Shown in pieces: positions 59,782 through 64,000 of a stretch of 64,000 nucleotides of DNA; the stretch's first letter is position 1, and each line of letters starts with the position of its first letter. Below the pieces are notes generated by a model. That model was given only the letters and a program-made list of their open reading frames with translations. It was not told the origin of the DNA and made no database searches. The translations under genes and the position numbers were made by a program. Source of the stretch: Acidobacteriota bacterium (GTDB taxonomy: Bacteria > Acidobacteriota > Thermoanaerobaculia > Multivoradales > Multivoraceae); NCBI GenBank assembly GCA_003388555.1, contig QQVD01000068.1, positions 150,633 through 214,632 on the forward strand, given 5' to 3'.

Positions 59782-61257
59782 ATGCACGAAGACGGCGAAC
59801 CCTTGATCCTCCTGGTCGACGACGACCGCACCCAGCTCCACCTCCTGCAGAGCTGGCTGACCCGCGAGGGATACCGGGTGCAGAGCTTCCAGGAGGGCGA
59901 GTCGAGCGTCGCCGCGCTCGCCCACTCGCTCCCAGACGCGGTCTGCCTCGACCTGCACATGCCGGGGCTCGACGGCATCGAGGTGCTGCGCCGCATCCGC
60001 CATGCGCAGCCGTCGCTGCCGGTGCTGATCATGACCAGCGACACCCAGATCGACAGCATCGTCGGAGCGATGCGCGAGGGCGCCTGGGACTACCTCGCCA
60101 AACCCATCAACCGCAACGACCTGCTGAATCGCCTGACCCACGCCGTCGAGCACTACCGCATGCACCTTCGGCTGCAGCACCTCGAGCGCGAGGCAGCCGG
60201 CCGCACCTTCCCGGGGATCATCGGTCGCAGCGCTCCGATGCGTCAGCTCTACCGCCAGATGGACCGGCTCACCGAGAGCGACATCACAGTGCTGGCACAC
60301 GGCGAGAGTGGCACCGGCAAGGAGCTGGTGGCTCGCGCCATCCACTTCCAGAGTGCCCGCAAGGAGGGGCCCTTCGTCGCGGTGAACTGCGCCGCGATTC
60401 CCGAGACGCTGCAGGAGTCCGAGCTCTTCGGTCACGAGAAGGGCTCGTTCACCGGCGCCACGACGCGGCGTATCGGCAAGTTCGAGCAGGCCAACCGCGG
60501 CTCCATCTTCCTCGACGAGATCGCCGAGCTCTCGTTGTCGGCCCAGGCGAAACTGCTGCGGGTACTCCAGGAGCGCCTCTTCCTCAGGGTCGGAGGCAAT
60601 CAGGAGCTGAGCTCCGACTTCCGACTGCTCGCAGCGACTCACCGCGACCTCCAGCAGGAAGTGGATGCCGGCCGTTTCCGCGAGGATCTCTACTTCCGCG
60701 TCGCCGTCTTCGAGCTGGAGATCCCGCCGCTGCGCGAGCGGCTCGACGACCTTCGCGAGCTCGCCACCAGCTTCGTCGAGCAGTTCGCCAAGAGCGAGGA
60801 GCTGGGACCGCTCGCGCTGACCGAGACGACCATGGGCATCCTCGAGCGCTACACCTGGCCCGGCAACGTGCGCGAGTTGCAGAACGCCATGCAGCGCGCC
60901 GCCGTGGTCGCGGAGGGAGGTGAGATCCACCCCCACAACCTGCCACCCCGGATCGTCGAAGCGCTCCGTGGGCAGGGCGTCGAGATCCCGGAGCCACCGG
61001 CCAGCCCCGAGCCGACGCCGGCAGCCGATCGTCCGGCGGCGGCCGACGGCGAGGCGGTGAACGGCGAAACGGCACCCGAGCCCTCCGACGGAGACGCCTG
61101 GCCGGACTTCGGCGAGGTGACCCTCGAGGAGCTCGAGAAGGAAGCGATCCGTCAGGCGATGCAACGCCTGGACGGCAACGTCTCCCAGGTGTGTCGTGAG
61201 CTCGGCATCGGCCGCACGACGCTGTATCGCAAGCTGCAGAAGTACGAGCTGCGCTGA
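59782..61257 (+). CDS. sigma54-dependent transcriptional activator, NtrC family response regulator
   Basis: REC (LILLVDDDRTQL...CLDLHMPGLDG), GESGTGKE, ESELFGHEKGSFTGA, C-terminal Fis-type HTH (NVSQVCRELGIGRTTLYRKL). Confidence 0.85.
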   Translation: MHEDGEPLILLVDDDRTQLHLLQSWLTREGYRVQSFQEGESSVAALAHSLPDAVCLDLHMPGLDGIEVLRRIRHAQPSLPVLIMTSDTQIDSIVGAMREGAWDYLAKPINRNDLLNRLTHAVEHYRMHLRLQHLEREAAGRTFPGIIGRSAPMRQLYRQMDRLTESDITVLAHGESGTGKELVARAIHFQSARKEGPFVAVNCAAIPETLQESELFGHEKGSFTGATTRRIGKFEQANRGSIFLDEIAELSLSAQAKLLRVLQERLFLRVGGNQELSSDFRLLAATHRDLQQEVDAGRFREDLYFRVAVFELEIPPLRERLDDLRELATSFVEQFAKSEELGPLALTETTMGILERYTWPGNVRELQNAMQRAAVVAEGGEIHPHNLPPRIVEALRGQGVEIPEPPASPEPTPAADRPAAADGEAVNGETAPEPSDGDAWPDFGEVTLEELEKEAIRQAMQRLDGNVSQVCRELGIGRTTLYRKLQKYELR

Positions 61258-61806
61258 GCGCTCGCGCGGCCGACCGGGCGACTACGAATTCAACGGACCG
61301 GACGGGCAGGCGTACGGATCCGCCTTGGCGCTGGCGTCGGTGCACACCACCGCAACCGCCTCCAGGCTCTCCCTCGACAGGATCCGGGGTGGCCGATAGG
61401 GGCGCTTCTCGGTCGCCTCCGGCTTCGGTTCGCTGCTCTTCATCTGTCTCGCTCGCCTCTCTCGTTCGGCCTTTACGGCCGGCGTCCCGGCGCCACGACG
61501 CTGCCGTGGCACCGGAGTGGTGCCGCCGGGCCCGTCATCGTGGGAGGTCGTGGCCCGGCGGCACTGGATCCTCTGTCGGGATCCTACACCCCTTGGGCTG
61601 GCCGCCGATGATTCGACTTGCAAGTTCCCGACCACCGTCCCGTGTGTCAGCCTGGCACACCCACCGGCGAGCACACGGCTGGCCGAGGACGTTCGTATAC
61701 TGCGGCCTCCGAGGAGGTTACGCTGCTCCGCGACCGCAGCGCGCACGGCGCTGCCTCGCCTCTTGCTGCGATCCCGATCCCGGTCGCGAGCCCGTCCGAC
61801 CCTACG

Positions 61807-63522
61807 ATGAAGCTGTACGTCGAGCCGGCAGATGGTCCGGCATTCCACCGCACCTTCGACACCGACTCGATGGTGATCGGGCGGGCCTCCACGTCCGATC
61901 TGGCGCTCGCGGATCCCTTCCTGTCGCGGCACCACGCCAGGCTCTTCCGCGCCGGGGCGACGGTGCTGGTCGAGGATCTGGGGTCGCGAAACGGCACCGA
62001 GCTGAACGGAGTGCCGATCCGCAAGCCGACGGCGGTGAATCCCGGCGACGTGATCAAGGTCTCGGGATCGACGATCTCCTTCGAGGACCTCGGCGGCAAC
62101 CAGCCGGCGACCACGGTCGACTTCGGCGCCACGATCTTCCGCCCCGCCTCGGAGGTGCTGCGTGAGGTCGAGTCCGAGGTCACCGGCGACCGCGCCCTCT
62201 CCGAGGCCGACCTGCGCCACTATGCCGCGCGCCTGCGACGGATCAACGAGGTGCACGAAGCGCTGGGACGATCGATCTCGCAGGACGAGCTGCTGTCGCT
62301 GATCCTCAAGCGGGCATTCGAGGAGCTACGGCCCGAACAGGGGGTCATCTTCCTCCGCCAGTCGGGCGGCGAGTTCGAGCGGGTTGCCTCGCGCTCCGAG
62401 CGCGACGCCGTTGATGAAGATCCAGACGGTGGGGAGATCCCGCTGTCGCGCGCCCTGATCGAGGAGGTCTGCGAGAAGGGGATGGCGGCGATCGTCGTCG
62501 ACGCGGCGACCGACGAGCGCTTCTCCGAGGCTCAGAGCATCATCATGAGCGGACTGCGCTCGATCGTCGCCGCTCCGCTGCTCGACGGATCAGAGAGCCT
62601 CGGCATGATCGTGCTCAGCTCGAAGGTCGCCGTGCGGGAGTTCCGCGAGGAGGACCTCGAGTTCCTCGTCTCCATGGCCTCGATCGCGGCGCTGAAGATC
62701 CGCAACGTGGCGCTGACCGAGGACGCCGTCGCCCGTCGCAAGCTCGAGGAGGATCTGGCCCTGGCCCGCCGTATCCAGGTCTCGCTCCTGCCCTCTTCGC
62801 TGCCCGACGTCGGGGGCTGGGACCTCGAGGCGCGCAACCTGCCGTCGCGCGGAGTCTCCGGTGACTACTACCAGATCATCCCGCGCAGAGACGGCGCCGA
62901 GCTGGTGCTCGTGGTCTCCGACGTCTCGGGGAAGGGCATTCCTGCGTCGCTGCTCACCGCTTCGCTGGAGGCGCTCTCGGCGGGCCCGATCGAGGACGGC
63001 TCCTCCCCGGCGGAGATCTGCACCGTGCTCTCGCGCCGTCTCTTCCGCCGCAGTCCGCCGGAGAAGTACGCCACCGCCTTCATCGCCGTCGTCGATCTGG
63101 CCACCAGTGCAGTGACCTACGCCAACGCCGGTCACAACCCGGCCCTGCTGCTGCGTACCGACGGCAGCGCCATCGAGCTCGGTCCCACCGGCATGCCGAT
63201 CGGCCTGGTCGACGGGGCCGAGTACCAGCAGGAGCACCTCGAGCTGGCGGCCGGAGACCTGCTGCTGATCTACACCGACGGTGTCTCCGAGGCGGAGAGC
63301 CCGGGGGGCGAGGAGTTCGGTGTCGAGGGAATCCTCGCCAGCGTCGCTCCAAGGCGAGACGAACCCCTCGACGACATCCTCGAGCGGCTGCGCACAGATC
63401 TGACGCGCTTCACGGCGAACCTGCCGGCCCACGACGATCGCACCGTGCTCCTGGCGCGCCGAGCACGGGGATCCGAACCCACTCCGGCCGGCGACGCAGA
63501 TGCCGGCGGAACAGCTTCGTGA
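61807..63522 (+). CDS. FHA-GAF-PP2C (SpoIIE/PPM-type) serine/threonine phosphatase
   Basis: FHA (VIGRASTSDLALADPFLSRHHARLF...LVEDLGSRNGTELNG), GAF-like middle domain, PPM phosphatase (SGDYYQIIP...LVVSDVSGKG...IYTDGVSEAES...HDDRTVLL). Start at ATG 61807; the TTG-initiated ORF-track extension is rejected. Confidence 0.8.
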   Translation: MKLYVEPADGPAFHRTFDTDSMVIGRASTSDLALADPFLSRHHARLFRAGATVLVEDLGSRNGTELNGVPIRKPTAVNPGDVIKVSGSTISFEDLGGNQPATTVDFGATIFRPASEVLREVESEVTGDRALSEADLRHYAARLRRINEVHEALGRSISQDELLSLILKRAFEELRPEQGVIFLRQSGGEFERVASRSERDAVDEDPDGGEIPLSRALIEEVCEKGMAAIVVDAATDERFSEAQSIIMSGLRSIVAAPLLDGSESLGMIVLSSKVAVREFREEDLEFLVSMASIAALKIRNVALTEDAVARRKLEEDLALARRIQVSLLPSSLPDVGGWDLEARNLPSRGVSGDYYQIIPRRDGAELVLVVSDVSGKGIPASLLTASLEALSAGPIEDGSSPAEICTVLSRRLFRRSPPEKYATAFIAVVDLATSAVTYANAGHNPALLLRTDGSAIELGPTGMPIGLVDGAEYQQEHLELAAGDLLLIYTDGVSEAESPGGEEFGVEGILASVAPRRDEPLDDILERLRTDLTRFTANLPAHDDRTVLLARRARGSEPTPAGDADAGGTAS

Positions 63523-63999
63523 TCACCTGCGCCAGGTGCCGAGGTCTGGTCGATCCGGAGGACGGATCCTGTCCGGTCGGGCGCCGCGACTGTCCGGTGT
63601 TCGGGGTCACGGCGACGGCCGCGCCGGTGGCGCCCGAGGCACCGGTGTCCAACGAGACCATCCTGCTCACCCCCGAGCAGCGCCGGGCGCTGATCCCCGA
63701 CCGCCCTGCACGACCATCGCGCCCGACTACAGGGTCCGGCCGCGGGCCGAACCAGCCGAGACAGAAGACGCAGCCGGTGCAGGCGCCGAGCTCGGAGCGG
63801 CCCGGTCGCCCGCACCCACGACGCGCAGCGGCATCGGCCAATCAGCTCGCCAGGCTCGGCAAGACGCTGGCGATCTGGGCGATCCTGCCGCTCTTCCCGA
63901 TCGCGGTCGTGGCCGTCGTGGTCAGCTCGATCGCGCTGTCGCGGTCGTTGGCCCTGCCGGGAAAGCCCGGACGTTCCGATGCCCTGCTCGGCATCGTCA
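63518..63999 (+). CDS. partial CDS: putative zinc-ribbon (CxxC...C..C) membrane protein, translationally coupled to the phosphatase gene
   Basis: GTG at 63518-63520 overlaps the phosphatase stop (GTGA). Translation is VITCARCRGLVDPEDGSCPVGRRDCPVFG... then Pro/Ala linker and TM LAIWAILPLFPIAVVAVVVSSIAL. It runs off the window; not in the ORF track because it has no stop. Confidence 0.35.
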
Positions 64000-64000
64000 C

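Noticed and set aside
61480-61515. possible sigma54 -24/-12 promoter (GTGGCACCGGAGTGGTGCC) upstream of the FHA-PP2C gene, and TGGCACACCCACC at about 61650
   Set aside because: The -12 element does not match TTGC(A/T) at the required spacing. It is more likely an inverted repeat (GGCACC...GGTGCC). Kept only as a note inside a finding.

Overview
This is a high-GC (about 70%) bacterial chromosomal window, dense with genes and with no recognisable mobile element. Roughly 60% of the long six-frame ORFs are antisense shadows (Arg/Leu/Glu/Asp-rich, no motifs) and were discarded. I did not find a novel defense island or a CRISPR array. The most interesting material is listed after the gene layout.

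Supported genes, by region:
- 1-7730: a peptidase/VWA module. It holds a TPR + HExxH metallopeptidase (partial, minus), a legumain-like protein with Ser at the nucleophile position, a large VWA + glutamine-amidotransferase-like membrane protein, and two divergently transcribed DUF4159 paralogs.
- 7837-13089: an AAA ATPase, an isochorismatase-family hydrolase, and small secreted, membrane and lipoprotein genes.
- 13293-26554 (minus): hfq, miaA, comEC, a hypothetical, birA, valS, a receiver-domain protein, a stand-alone B12-binding domain, a sigma54-dependent NtrC-type activator, and degP/htrA.
- 26555-27851: about 1.3 kb with no coding region. It carries a textbook intrinsic terminator, sigma70-like hexamers (a possible roughly 70-nt sRNA) and short tandem repeats.
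- 27852-38797 (plus): the conserved rimP-nusA-infB-DUF503-rbfA-nrnA-truB-rpsO-pnp cluster.
- 38919-49712: HTH-REC and REC-HD-GYP regulators, hslO (Hsp33), larC-like, radC, an alanine:cation symporter (AGCS), a beta-lactamase-fold hydrolase, a Ser/Thr kinase and an AraC-type HTH protein.
- 49782-59068 (minus): a complete eight-gene Bat (aerotolerance) operon, moxR-DUF58-hyp-batA-batB-batC-batD-batE. Five junctions use GTGA/ATGA/TGATG stop-start overlaps.
- 59782-64000 (plus): a second sigma54 activator, an FHA-GAF-PP2C phosphatase, and a partial zinc-ribbon membrane protein.

Most interesting:
- The CDS-free 1.3 kb region upstream of rimP, with its candidate sRNA.
- A family of 7-10-nt tandem repeats at five or more loci. 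One sits inside the overlap between the comEC 3' end and the miaA start.
- The Cys-to-Ser legumain-like protein, embedded in a second Bat-like module that has no MoxR.
- An unusual sigma54-activator / B12-binding-domain / receiver operon.
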